Assembly: GCA_043801745.1 (NCBI GenBank)
Contig: JAZDLR010000022.1
Span: 1,960-65,959 of the forward strand
Reading direction: 5' to 3'
Length of the DNA: 64,000 nucleotides
Source: Candidatus Komeilibacteria bacterium
GTDB lineage: Bacteria > Patescibacteriota > Patescibacteriia > UBA1558 > 2-01-FULL-52-15
The notes beneath the pieces are model-generated. The model was given only the letters and a program-made list of their open reading frames with translations, had not been told where the DNA came from and did no database searches. Every line of letters begins with the position of its first letter. Position 1 is the first letter of the stretch. This document shows, one piece after another, positions 34,388 to 44,254 of the stretch. Both the position numbers and the translations under genes were made by a program.

Positions 34388-35428
34388 CTATTCTTTTCTA
34401 TCTCCTATCACACCATAAGAAACGTTAAGCGTCAAGGAAGAACGAGCATAGGCAATAGTCTCCGCCAATCCCTGATCTAAACTGACCAAAGGAAACCAAC
34501 CTAGTTTATCCTTGGCCAAGGCTATGTCCGGCAAAGCCTGGCGATGGGTAAAAGCCAAACTCTCGGCAAAGCTAATTTCTGAATGAGATTTGGTCAGTTC
34601 AACAATCTTCTGAGCAACTTCCAACAAAGTATGAAAAGAGTCGCCACCAAGATTAACCGGATCAGTTATAGCACCGTGCATCAAAGCCACTAAACCCTCG
34701 ACCATATCTTTCACATAGCAAAGTGATGAGCCGGTAGTTTCGGCACCATGAATCACAATCGGCTGATTGCGCAAGGCGTTATTAATAAAATCCGGGACAT
34801 TACGGCCACTGGAAAGCATCATGCGCGGACCGTAAGCTGTAAACACGCGGGCAATACGCGTCGGCATTTTATAATGATCACGCCAGCTGCTGACTAATGT
34901 TTCGGCAAACCTTTTACCCTCATTGTAACAGGCCCGCGGCCCGATAAAACTGACATTGCCTAGATAATTTTCATTAATCATGTCCGCTTCATCCGGTGGC
35001 CGGCCGTAAACCGCCGAGGATGAAACCAACAGATACTTAGCATTGTACTGACGCGCTAATTCCAAACTATTAATCACGCCTAGTGAATTAGCCTTAGCCG
35101 TTTCTATCGGCAGTTTAGTAAAGTCCTCCGGCGATGTGGGGCAAGCCAAATTATAAATCTCCTGAATCCCCTGAGCCTTGACTTTAAATTTCTTCAATTC
35201 CGGCAAGTCATCCAGTTCCAACTTTTCAGTAATATCATGGCGGATAAATTCGAAGCTGGGAAATTCCAGCATCATCTTAATATTCTCCACATCGGAGGTA
35301 ATAAAATTATCCACGCAGATAACCTGATCCCCGCGCTTAAGCAAAAATTCACATAAATGCGAGCCCAAAAAACCGGCCCCGCCCAGGACTAGGATATTTT
35401 TCCTCTCAATAGGATAACGTACTGTCAT
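34388..35428 (-). CDS. UDP-glucuronate decarboxylase (UXS)-like extended SDR
   Basis: VLGGAGFLGSHL; YNLACPTSP..; SSSAVYG..; CYNEGKRFAE matches the UXS family core. Confidence 0.6.
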   Translation of the reverse strand: MTVRYPIERKNILVLGGAGFLGSHLCEFLLKRGDQVICVDNFITSDVENIKMMLEFPSFEFIRHDITEKLELDDLPELKKFKVKAQGIQEIYNLACPTSPEDFTKLPIETAKANSLGVINSLELARQYNAKYLLVSSSAVYGRPPDEADMINENYLGNVSFIGPRACYNEGKRFAETLVSSWRDHYKMPTRIARVFTAYGPRMMLSSGRNVPDFINNALRNQPIVIHGAETTGSSLCYVKDMVEGLVALMHGAITDPVNLGGDSFHTLLEVAQKIVELTKSHSEISFAESLAFTHRQALPDIALAKDKLGWFPLVSLDQGLAETIAYARSSLTLNVSYGVIGDRKE

Positions 35429-36126
35429 AGTTTATAGCGATGGGTCCAATAGTTATATTGTACACTAAAAACTGCCAGCAGAGTAGTGATATAGGACCAG
35501 GGCTTAACTTTGGAAGCAAAATTGTTAACCCAGCGGACCGGCAGCTCGGAAATAACCAGGCCTTTTTTACGAGCCAGAAATAACAGCTCAAAATCAAAAG
35601 CCCAATCATCCCTGGTCTGCAACTGAAACAAAACCCGACAGCTGGAGCGGAACATTTTAAAGCCGCATTGCGTATCACTTATGCCCGGTACCAACAAGAG
35701 CCGGATCAGGCCATTGCCGAGACGTCCCAGCGTACGCTTGAGCCAGGGTTGTGCTACTAGAACATTAGCCTGAGCTATCTGACGTGAACCAATAACAATG
35801 TCAGCCCGGTCTAAAGCTGACAAAAACGCCGGCAAATGGTCAATGTCCGTGGAATTGTCAGCATCAGTAAATAAAATCACCTGACCCTGTGCCGCTAGAA
35901 CGCCACTACGCACGGCTGCTCCTTTACCACGGTGTGGTAAAGGCAAAAGTTTAACCGGCTGAAAGGTAGATACCAGTTGGGCCGTGGAATCGAGGGAACC
36001 GTCATCGGCAACAATAATCTCAAAATTACCGGCATAATGCTGATCCAAAAAACTAACCACACGTCGTAATGTGGTGGCAATAACTGAGGCCTCATTATAG
36101 GCAGGTATGACAACACTAAGCAACAT
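35425..36126 (-). CDS. Glycosyltransferase family 2 (polyprenol-phosphate sugar transferase, ArnC/DPM1-like)
   Basis: VVIPAYNEASVI..IIVADDGSLDST. Confidence 0.7.
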   Translation of the reverse strand: MLLSVVIPAYNEASVIATTLRRVVSFLDQHYAGNFEIIVADDGSLDSTAQLVSTFQPVKLLPLPHRGKGAAVRSGVLAAQGQVILFTDADNSTDIDHLPAFLSALDRADIVIGSRQIAQANVLVAQPWLKRTLGRLGNGLIRLLLVPGISDTQCGFKMFRSSCRVLFQLQTRDDWAFDFELLFLARKKGLVISELPVRWVNNFASKVKPWSYITTLLAVFSVQYNYWTHRYKL

Positions 36127-36129
36127 AGA

Positions 36130-36570
36130 TTAACGGAAAGTCCAAATCTTATTAAGAGAAAAATTCCATAACATGACAATGATGGCAATTATAAATTTTG
36201 CCAATAAATCGTTCCAGCTCCAACCACTAACAAAAATAAATAGTAAGACGGAAGTTAAAAACAGACCAACAATATTTACTGACAAAAACTTAAAATACTG
36301 CTGTCCCAATGGCTGACTAACCGCTGTCCGGAAAGTCCAGCGTTTATTCCAGTAAAAACTCCAAGCAGCCGAAATCAAGAAAGATAAAATATTGGCCAGC
36401 AAATAATAGAGGCCAGTTAATCTAGTCAATACAACGTATACCAGCATGTCAACTATGAAGCTGGAGACACCAATTAACGCAAACTTTGTCAGTTGTGCTA
36501 AAATCGGCCAGCGCCGAAATAAGAAGAAATTCACCCACCAACGATGTATTTGTGTGTACCAGGACTTCAT
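36130..36570 (-). CDS. GtrA-family membrane protein
   Basis: 4 TM helices; C-terminal WNFSLNKIWTF typical of GtrA. ATGA overlap with the S8 gene stop. Confidence 0.6.
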   Translation of the reverse strand: MKSWYTQIHRWWVNFFLFRRWPILAQLTKFALIGVSSFIVDMLVYVVLTRLTGLYYLLANILSFLISAAWSFYWNKRWTFRTAVSQPLGQQYFKFLSVNIVGLFLTSVLLFIFVSGWSWNDLLAKFIIAIIVMLWNFSLNKIWTFR

Positions 36571-38591
36571 TGACCCAATAAGCTTAACGACCAACCACGG
36601 CTGTTGACTAATTTGGCTGCCAAGCGGTTCAGAATCTGACCATTGTAGTCATAGGTATCAAGGCTGGTTACTGACCGCTCGGCCGGGAAAACTACCAGGT
36701 CAGCCAAACCATCACCCGTGGTATCACCAGCCAAAAAATTCACGCGGTAGGATTTGGGTTTTAATTGCGGAAACATTGGCCAGGTATTTTTTTGTTTGCC
36801 AGTGCCAGCAAAAATACGGATATTAGTTTTATTGCCGCTAAAATCAGCCACAATGATATCCGGACTTAAATCATGATCCAAATCACCGACGGTCAGAGCA
36901 TAACCACCCCGGGAATTAGAATCAAAAGCCATAAACTGCGCTTTGACTTTACCCTGACCATCGAAGATCCGAACATGCGGTCCGCCCTGTTGGCGAGGCA
37001 TAGTTACAATATCAGCAACACCGTCGGCATCAACATCACCAATAGCAACTAAGCTACCGCCACGGAAACGGTGATCATAAGCTAGGAACTCACCTTTTTT
37101 ATTACCCCGACTGTCAAAAACGCGGACTGTACTGGCAGCTCCGCCGTTAGGCACTACCACAATCTCATTAACGCCGTCAGCATCAACATCACCAATAGCA
37201 ATATTATAGCCGGTCCGCCATTTACCCTCGTAAGCCATAAATTGCCCCTTGAGAACGCCCCGAGCGCTAAAAATACGTATATGCGGACCACCATTACTAT
37301 AAGGAGCGGTCACAATCTCCACTTGCCCGTCACCATCGACGTCACCGCTGGCCACATTAACTCCACCAGAAAATAACGGCGCATAAGCCAGAAATGACGA
37401 TTGCACGACTCCTTGGCGATCAACGAATGATAATTCTGGCCGGCCCGACAGAGGCGCCACGGCGAATACTTCTGAATTCTGCTGAGCCAAACGGTCAGCT
37501 ACCTTGAGAGCCGCTCCCATATTCAGTAGGCCGGCACCCACAGCCTGCGGGTTAGAGGGATTAGATGACTGCACATTAACGGCATTAGCGGTAATGATGT
37601 TATAAATCGTATCCAGAATCAACTTGGGCGCAATACGTTTGATGTTAGCTATAGTTGCCGCAACCATCGGAGCCGCCACCGAAGTACCAGTCCAACCACC
37701 ACTGTAATTCTGAGAAAATTGCGTGCTACCGGGAATAATCGGCGCTGTAGAAAAAATTCCGGTTCCAGGAGCAGAAATATCGACACACTGCGAACCGTAA
37801 TTAGAAAATGAACTGAGGGTATTATTATCGTCCACCGCAGCGACCCCCATAACCTGGTTAGCTCCCGAGGCATCACACACTGGATAGCGGGGAGAAGTAT
37901 TTAAATCAATACCATAGACTTCCTCGTTACCAGAGGCAGCCACGACCGCCACCCCGTGTGAGTTGGCTCGGGCTATGGCATCAGTCAGACGTGGATCTAA
38001 AACCTTTCCCACCAAACTCAAATTAATTACAGCGGCACGATTATCTACGGCATAATCAATGGCCTGAGATAGCACCAGGGTATTACCGGAACCGCTACTA
38101 TCCAGAGCCTTAATGGGCATAATCTTAACCTGGGGAGCCAAACCAGAAATACCAATACCATTATCAAAACCAGCAGCGATAATACCAGCCACAATCGTGC
38201 CATGACTAACTGCGTCACCATTCAAAGCTGACGATAGTGTTGGTTCGGGATCATTATTACCACTGATAAAATTCCAGCCATGGACATCATCAATATAACT
38301 GTTGTTATCATCATCAATACCATTGCCAGGTATCTCATTTTTATTCGTCCAGATAGAATTCAGTAAATCAGGATGATTTAAATCAACTCCGGTATCCAAG
38401 ACAGCAACGATAATCTCCCCGGTGCTGGGGCGTTTCAGTACATAATCCCAACCCTCAAAAGCATTAATACGCTGCAGATAACTCTGCTGCGGTAATTGCG
38501 GATCATTGGGAATATAAGCGTAAGCAGCTGGTGCAATTAACCAGCTACCAATAATAATACTACCTAACAAAACGAAGATTTTTTTGTGCAT
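36567..38591 (-). CDS. Secreted subtilisin-like serine protease (S8) with C-terminal FG-GAP/VCBS-like repeats
   Basis: Signal peptide. VAVLDTGVDLNHPDL (Asp), HGTIVAGIIAA (His), GTSVAAPMVAA (Ser). Repeated GDVDGDG..EIV motifs. Confidence 0.75.
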   Translation of the reverse strand: MHKKIFVLLGSIIIGSWLIAPAAYAYIPNDPQLPQQSYLQRINAFEGWDYVLKRPSTGEIIVAVLDTGVDLNHPDLLNSIWTNKNEIPGNGIDDDNNSYIDDVHGWNFISGNNDPEPTLSSALNGDAVSHGTIVAGIIAAGFDNGIGISGLAPQVKIMPIKALDSSGSGNTLVLSQAIDYAVDNRAAVINLSLVGKVLDPRLTDAIARANSHGVAVVAASGNEEVYGIDLNTSPRYPVCDASGANQVMGVAAVDDNNTLSSFSNYGSQCVDISAPGTGIFSTAPIIPGSTQFSQNYSGGWTGTSVAAPMVAATIANIKRIAPKLILDTIYNIITANAVNVQSSNPSNPQAVGAGLLNMGAALKVADRLAQQNSEVFAVAPLSGRPELSFVDRQGVVQSSFLAYAPLFSGGVNVASGDVDGDGQVEIVTAPYSNGGPHIRIFSARGVLKGQFMAYEGKWRTGYNIAIGDVDADGVNEIVVVPNGGAASTVRVFDSRGNKKGEFLAYDHRFRGGSLVAIGDVDADGVADIVTMPRQQGGPHVRIFDGQGKVKAQFMAFDSNSRGGYALTVGDLDHDLSPDIIVADFSGNKTNIRIFAGTGKQKNTWPMFPQLKPKSYRVNFLAGDTTGDGLADLVVFPAERSVTSLDTYDYNGQILNRLAAKLVNSRGWSLSLLGQ

Positions 38592-38682
38592 CAAAATATT
38601 GTCAATTATACTAGAGTTAGGCCGGTTAATCAAATCTCATTTGACAAATATTTGGTTTCATTTTATATTATGGATGACCTTT

Positions 38683-40062
38683 ATGATTACTGCCAAAAAA
38701 ATACTACTTTTTCTGGGGGATATTATTCTGCTTTACGTAGCTCTATGGCTGACCCTGCTGCTACGCTACCAAGATCATTACTCCCCCCGATTATACCAAG
38801 AGCATCTTTTGCCCTTCACTTTAGTATTTTTTATTTGGATTACCATTTTCTTTATTAACGATTTATATAGTGTCCATTCATCGCAAAATGATTTCCGCTT
38901 TTACGGTTACTTATTACAAAATCAGTTCATCAATACTATACTGGGCTTTGCTTTTTTCTACGTCGTGCCTTCAGATTTTACCCACCTCAGACCACAGACG
39001 GTATTACTCATCCTAGTCATCGTCTATACTATTCTATTTTTACTCTGGCGGCGATTATTTTATTTCGTCAGCAGTAATTCTCGCTTAGCCAATTCAGTAC
39101 TATTTATCGGTGTTGACAAAGAGGTGACAAATTTAATCAATGAAATGCAGCGCAAGCCGCAGCTAGGATACAAAGCAGTGGCTCTTATCAATATTGCTAA
39201 TTATCCTTTGCCGGTTTCCTTGGCCACCATTGGCCAAAAAAGAGATTTAATCAATTTACGCCACTATATTGTTGACAATCATATTGCCACTGTTGTCACG
39301 GCGATTGATCAAAAAAACAGCGCTCAGGTTTCCAAATATTTATTTGATACCTTAGATCTTAAATTGCGCTATTATTCTTTTCCGGATTTTTACGAAGCCA
39401 TTACCGGCAAAGTTCCGGTTACCTCTCTGGAAAAAACCTGGTTTCTGGAGAACTTGACTCAAGGCAGAAAAAAAACTTATGAGGTCATCAAACGATTAGA
39501 AGACATTTTTCTGTCCCTGATTTTAGCCATTGTCACCTCGCCCATTTCACTTCTTCTGATACTAATAATCAAGCTGGAATCACCGGGTCCGATATTCTAC
39601 ACCCAGATCCGTACCGGTAGGGGCGGAAAAATCTTTAGGGCGATTAAATTCCGCTCTATGCGCCACAACGCCGAAAGCGCCGGCCAAGCTGTCTGGGCCA
39701 GCAAACAAGATCCCCGCATTACCCGCATTGGCCGCCTAATACGCACCAGCCGTTTAGACGAGATTCCCCAGGTAATTAATATTTTGCGTAGTGAGATGAG
39801 TTTTGTCGGACCGCGTCCCGAACGACCGGAATTTATTAAAATATTAGGTGAACAAATTCCTTATTATAATGAACGATTGTTAGTTAAACCTGGCCTGACC
39901 GGCTGGGCTCAAATCAATTATCCTTATGGCGATTCCATCGAAGACGCTCTGGTTAAACTGCAATTCGACCTATTTTATATCAAGAACCGCTCCTTTACCC
40001 TTGACGCCTCAATTATACTCAAAACCATTAATACGGTGCTAAACCGTTCCCTGGGACAATAA
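38683..40062 (+). CDS. Polyprenyl-phosphate sugar phosphotransferase (bacterial sugar transferase, WbaP/WcaJ-like initiating enzyme)
   Basis: C-terminal domain PGPIFYTQIRTGRGGKIFRAIKFRSM..MSFVGPRPERPEF. Start trimmed to the ATG at 38683. Confidence 0.75.
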   Translation: MITAKKILLFLGDIILLYVALWLTLLLRYQDHYSPRLYQEHLLPFTLVFFIWITIFFINDLYSVHSSQNDFRFYGYLLQNQFINTILGFAFFYVVPSDFTHLRPQTVLLILVIVYTILFLLWRRLFYFVSSNSRLANSVLFIGVDKEVTNLINEMQRKPQLGYKAVALINIANYPLPVSLATIGQKRDLINLRHYIVDNHIATVVTAIDQKNSAQVSKYLFDTLDLKLRYYSFPDFYEAITGKVPVTSLEKTWFLENLTQGRKKTYEVIKRLEDIFLSLILAIVTSPISLLLILIIKLESPGPIFYTQIRTGRGGKIFRAIKFRSMRHNAESAGQAVWASKQDPRITRIGRLIRTSRLDEIPQVINILRSEMSFVGPRPERPEFIKILGEQIPYYNERLLVKPGLTGWAQINYPYGDSIEDALVKLQFDLFYIKNRSFTLDASIILKTINTVLNRSLGQ

Positions 40063-41324
40063 TGACCCGTCTACAGCAGCAGGCCTATAGACTTTTACGC
40101 TGGAGCGAACGCCATACCAAAACTGATATGATCTATTTGGCGCGCGGTGGCTTCTGGCTGTTGGCCGGTCAAGTTGGCGGTGCCTTATTATCCTTGGGTG
40201 TAGCCGTAGTTTTAGCACACGCTTTATCCAGAGAAACCTACGGCGACTATAAATATATTTTGTCGGTTCTATCGCTTCTGACCATAACTAGTTTGCAGGG
40301 CCTAAGTCCGGCCATTACCCGTTCAGTAGCTCAGGGCAACGAAGGCGGTTTGACCCAAGCTTTAGTCTTAAGAATTAAATGGGGCCTCTTAGGATTAGGT
40401 ATTGGTATCCTTGGGGCAATTTATTCTTATTGGCAACACAATCAGACTCTGACACTGACCTATGCAGTTATTGCCCTAGCCGCGCCACTATTTGATAGTC
40501 TGAAAATTTACGATGCTTTCTTACGTGGAAAGAAATTATTTCAACCTTCCTCAATCCTGCAATTTATCAGTAAAGCCATCACTTCAGCCGCCCTGGTACT
40601 GACAGTTTTGATTAGCAAAAATTTAACCATCATTATCGCCAGCTACTGTCTGATTTTCATTATCTGTGAATTATTAATTTATCGCTACGTCAAAAATAAA
40701 TATGTTCAGAATTCTTACACTGATCCCGCAACTGCCAGTTATGGAAAACATCTCAGTCTCAACGCCCTGGTTGGAACCGCAGCCGCCTATTTAGATAAAC
40801 TGTTAGTCTATTATCTGCTAGGCCCAGTGCCTCTGGCAGTCTATTCTTATGCCATTGCTATACCCGAACAGCTCAAAGCCGGGCAAAAAGCTTTGGACCT
40901 ACTAATTTTCCCCAAGTTTGCCGCTAACCAAGCTGACGAAATTCAGGCCGGTATTGTTGGGAAATTTTGGCGCTTATTTCTACTTTACGCCACTTTGGCC
41001 GCGGCCTATATTATAGCCGCGCCCTGGCTATTTCAGTGGCTCTTTCCGCAATATAATGACGCCGTAATCTATTCTCAATTATTTGCCCTATCAATCGTGG
41101 GCGCGGCAATAAACCCCGCCTTTACCTACTTGCAAGCCAAGAAAAAAATTAAGGCTCAATACCTTAATAATACCCTCACCGCTGTATTCCAAATTGCTAT
41201 CATGATAGTAATGATTATCCAGTGGGGCTTGCTGGGCCTAATTATTGCCCGCATCATCACCCGCTTTGTCAGCGCCGGATTAAATTTATTCTTCTATCAC
41301 TACAGTAAGTCATCACTTGACTAA
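40062..41324 (+). CDS. Polysaccharide flippase-like (MOP/Wzx family) membrane protein
   Basis: About 12 TM helices. ATG overlaps the upstream stop (TAATG). Confidence 0.5.
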   Translation: MTRLQQQAYRLLRWSERHTKTDMIYLARGGFWLLAGQVGGALLSLGVAVVLAHALSRETYGDYKYILSVLSLLTITSLQGLSPAITRSVAQGNEGGLTQALVLRIKWGLLGLGIGILGAIYSYWQHNQTLTLTYAVIALAAPLFDSLKIYDAFLRGKKLFQPSSILQFISKAITSAALVLTVLISKNLTIIIASYCLIFIICELLIYRYVKNKYVQNSYTDPATASYGKHLSLNALVGTAAAYLDKLLVYYLLGPVPLAVYSYAIAIPEQLKAGQKALDLLIFPKFAANQADEIQAGIVGKFWRLFLLYATLAAAYIIAAPWLFQWLFPQYNDAVIYSQLFALSIVGAAINPAFTYLQAKKKIKAQYLNNTLTAVFQIAIMIVMIIQWGLLGLIIARIITRFVSAGLNLFFYHYSKSSLD

Positions 41325-41349
41325 CTCTTCTAGCGTCCAAATACTTTTA

Positions 41350-42465
41350 CTATTTAGACAAAAGTTGCTGATAAAGATCGAGCCACTGTTTACCAATAAC
41401 TGACCAATCATGCTGCTGAGCGTAACGATAACCGGCCTCACCCAAAGTAGTAGCTAAGTCGGGATTTTCCAGCAACCGTAAAATTGCCTGACTCGTTGCC
41501 TCGGGGTCGTTTTCAGGCACAATCAATCCTGTCTGACCATCAATTACCGCGTCAGGGACGCCTCCTGAGCGGGCGGCAATTATTGGTTTTCTGCAAGCTG
41601 AAGCTTCCAGATAAACAATACCGAAGCCCTCAAAATTTCCCCGGGTCAGACGAGCAGTATGAATATAGATATCACTGGCCTGAAAAATCCCAACCATTTC
41701 TTGGCCTGATCGCTCGCCCATAAAGGTCACAAATTCCTCCAGACCTTGATCAGCCACTATTTGCTTCAGTGTAGCCTGCTGATCACCCAGACCAACAATT
41801 AAATAGTGCCAATCGGTCCGCTGTTGCTTCACCAAAGCTAAAGCCCGCAAAACAATGTCTTGACCTTTGCGGCGCCGCAAAGCCCCGACTGTCAATAATA
41901 ACTTCTTACCTGGGTACACCTGGCGGATAGCGGCTGTATCCCGGGGAGTAGTAAATCTAGCAAAATTAACGCCATTATGTATAATGCGGACCGGCCTGGA
42001 CACGGAACACAAATTCAGAATGGAATCCCGAGTATAGGCACTGGTAGCAACTAAAGCGTCAGCCGCACGGTAAGCGCTTTTTACAAAAAAACTTTCTGGC
42101 CACAAAGTAAGGGGTTTAACGGCGTAGGTTCCTTGGGCCCCAATCACCAGTTTAGCGTTCTTCCGATTAGCAAGTTTCTGTGCCAACAGAGCATAAGGAA
42201 ATTCAAATAACGAGTGAATAATATCGGGCTGCCCGGGATAATTAAAAAAAAGATATTTCAAAAGTTGCCGACTTTTTAAGCGGAATATGTAGTCGGGTAA
42301 AACGTAGTCAATATTATATGTTGCGGCAGTATTGGCTCTTTTTTGTGATTTCGGCAGGAGCAATGTAAAGTCAAGTTTATCGGAGAAATAACAACACAAC
42401 TCGTGCGTAATATTTCCATAGCCGTTAGTAACAGAATTGGTCGAAGAAAGAAGTAGAACCTTCAT
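41350..42465 (-). CDS. Glycosyltransferase family 4
   Basis: MKVLLLSS.. and EGFGIVYLEASACRKPIIAARSGGVPDAV. Confidence 0.65.
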   Translation of the reverse strand: MKVLLLSSTNSVTNGYGNITHELCCYFSDKLDFTLLLPKSQKRANTAATYNIDYVLPDYIFRLKSRQLLKYLFFNYPGQPDIIHSLFEFPYALLAQKLANRKNAKLVIGAQGTYAVKPLTLWPESFFVKSAYRAADALVATSAYTRDSILNLCSVSRPVRIIHNGVNFARFTTPRDTAAIRQVYPGKKLLLTVGALRRRKGQDIVLRALALVKQQRTDWHYLIVGLGDQQATLKQIVADQGLEEFVTFMGERSGQEMVGIFQASDIYIHTARLTRGNFEGFGIVYLEASACRKPIIAARSGGVPDAVIDGQTGLIVPENDPEATSQAILRLLENPDLATTLGEAGYRYAQQHDWSVIGKQWLDLYQQLLSK

Positions 42466-42484
42466 GAATAAATTCTGACTGATT

Positions 42485-44254
42485 TTATTGCAGATTAACG
42501 CTGCTGATCTTCTTAGAGGTAAAAGCATTAGAAAATTCCACAGACAATATATTACCCAAAGCCGCCGTAATGTTCGGGCTGACGGTGCCGGACGGTTGAT
42601 AGATTCGTTGCCAGACAGCGGAATTATCTGCTACCAACCAGACCTTGCGGCTGGAATACTTGGGCTTCATATATAGAGCATCGCTCATATCCCGGGCAGC
42701 TAAGATTAACAGATCAGGCTTAATTGTATAGCTGCCCTGGCTGCAGTCCATATTTTTTACAACTTTATCCCCGGCATCATAAAGTCCGTCATTATTACTG
42801 TCAGCAACTAATTTGAGATGAGCAACACAGCTATCCAATAAATTGACAGTCAACTTATCCAGTCTAACCGAGCTGAAACCGCTGGTACCCAAGTCCAAAG
42901 AAATCTGGAGCTGTCCGGGTGTGTAACCGGTCGTTATAGAAGCAGTAGCATTTTTAAAATTATTTTTTAAAAATGCAATTTTATCCCGTAATTCTGCCCG
43001 ATACATTTTAATATAGCCTAGATAGCGCCAATCACTATCAACTTTCAACCAGTCCTTCAGAAAATCGATTCGGGTCAGATTATCTAAACGGTCATACTCC
43101 GCTAAATCATCCGTTAAATTATTATTGTTATCTAGGTAATCCCACAAGACCTCGTTCCGTTGCTGCAAAAATTCCGGATTGGCCAATATCCTATTAGTTA
43201 ACTTATTACTCTTATATTCCAGCAGAGCCGGAGGAGTAACGCTCAGAGAAACATCCCAAGGAAAAAACACAAATTTCTTTAGCTTCGAATCAAAATACAT
43301 TCTGATATTAGGACCCGTAGCGTGAGAACTGGTATTTAATACCTGCAAAATCTGCCAGCGGTAAAAGGAATCCATGTCCACCAGCTGCGGAATAGTGGCC
43401 GCAAAATCCTTATCGGACAGATTATTAACAGCATCAAGCAAGGCCTGAAGGTCAGACTTATTAGTGGCATCACGGCTCGGGTCTTGAGAAATCTTAGACC
43501 AAGCATCAGTAGAATCAAAATAATCAGTCAACCGGGCGGGAAAATCAACCGTATCAACTCCTGTATAAAAATTAACTTGCCCGTCAATTCCCTGCCGCTC
43601 CAATAAATCCGCATTGAAATCTTCTACCTGCCAGTAAACTCCTTGTCTCGCGCCATTAACAAAAAAATTGACAAACTTAGTTTGAGGAGCAGGTAAACCC
43701 AACTTTTTAGCTCTAAAATTGGAAATTTCCTCAACAAAGTATTTGCGGTCATCCGGGATAATTAAAGCAATTTTTTGATAGCCGTCAAAATAATCATCAT
43801 CAGGAAATTTAATCAGCCAGGATTTCTTAGCGTCGCGCCAATGATTATCTGTGCCGCCACGATAACGCACTTTAGTTGTAGTAGCTTCATAACCGGTAGC
43901 CGTAAAAACAGCCTTTTCAGTCTTTTTATATTGCTCACCCAATAAATTATCAGCATAGCCAGCGGGTAAATTATGATTTAAGGCATACCAATGATTGACA
44001 CTAATCTTGAGATCATAGCTCTCCAGCTGGGAAGGTAAAAAATAAACGGGCAAAAAGAAAATATTGGATAACTTCCTCACCAACTGAATCTCGGCATGGT
44101 AGTAGCGGTAAATGCCCACGCGGCCCAAACGGACAAAACTCCCAACAACCGGCACAACAATAATTATTATTCCCAGAGCCAGCCACAAAATTATCCGGCC
44201 TATTCGATATCGCTGACTCGGAGACAAAAACATAATTTTAAAAAAATTTCTCAT
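42485..44254 (-). CDS. CotH-like (atypical kinase fold) secreted protein
   Basis: N-terminal TM/signal. Central YQKIALIIPDDRKYFVEEISNFRAKKLGLPAPQTKFVNFFVNGARQGVYWQVEDF resembles the CotH core. Confidence 0.45.
   Translation of the reverse strand: MRNFFKIMFLSPSQRYRIGRIILWLALGIIIIVVPVVGSFVRLGRVGIYRYYHAEIQLVRKLSNIFFLPVYFLPSQLESYDLKISVNHWYALNHNLPAGYADNLLGEQYKKTEKAVFTATGYEATTTKVRYRGGTDNHWRDAKKSWLIKFPDDDYFDGYQKIALIIPDDRKYFVEEISNFRAKKLGLPAPQTKFVNFFVNGARQGVYWQVEDFNADLLERQGIDGQVNFYTGVDTVDFPARLTDYFDSTDAWSKISQDPSRDATNKSDLQALLDAVNNLSDKDFAATIPQLVDMDSFYRWQILQVLNTSSHATGPNIRMYFDSKLKKFVFFPWDVSLSVTPPALLEYKSNKLTNRILANPEFLQQRNEVLWDYLDNNNNLTDDLAEYDRLDNLTRIDFLKDWLKVDSDWRYLGYIKMYRAELRDKIAFLKNNFKNATASITTGYTPGQLQISLDLGTSGFSSVRLDKLTVNLLDSCVAHLKLVADSNNDGLYDAGDKVVKNMDCSQGSYTIKPDLLILAARDMSDALYMKPKYSSRKVWLVADNSAVWQRIYQPSGTVSPNITAALGNILSVEFSNAFTSKKISSVNLQ

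Noticed and set aside
38584-38682. Track start of the sugar-transferase ORF at 38584, overlapping the S8 protease gene
   Set aside because: In-frame ATG at 38683 gives a typical N-terminal TM segment and avoids a 50-nt overlap with the divergent S8 gene (its start trimmed to 38591).
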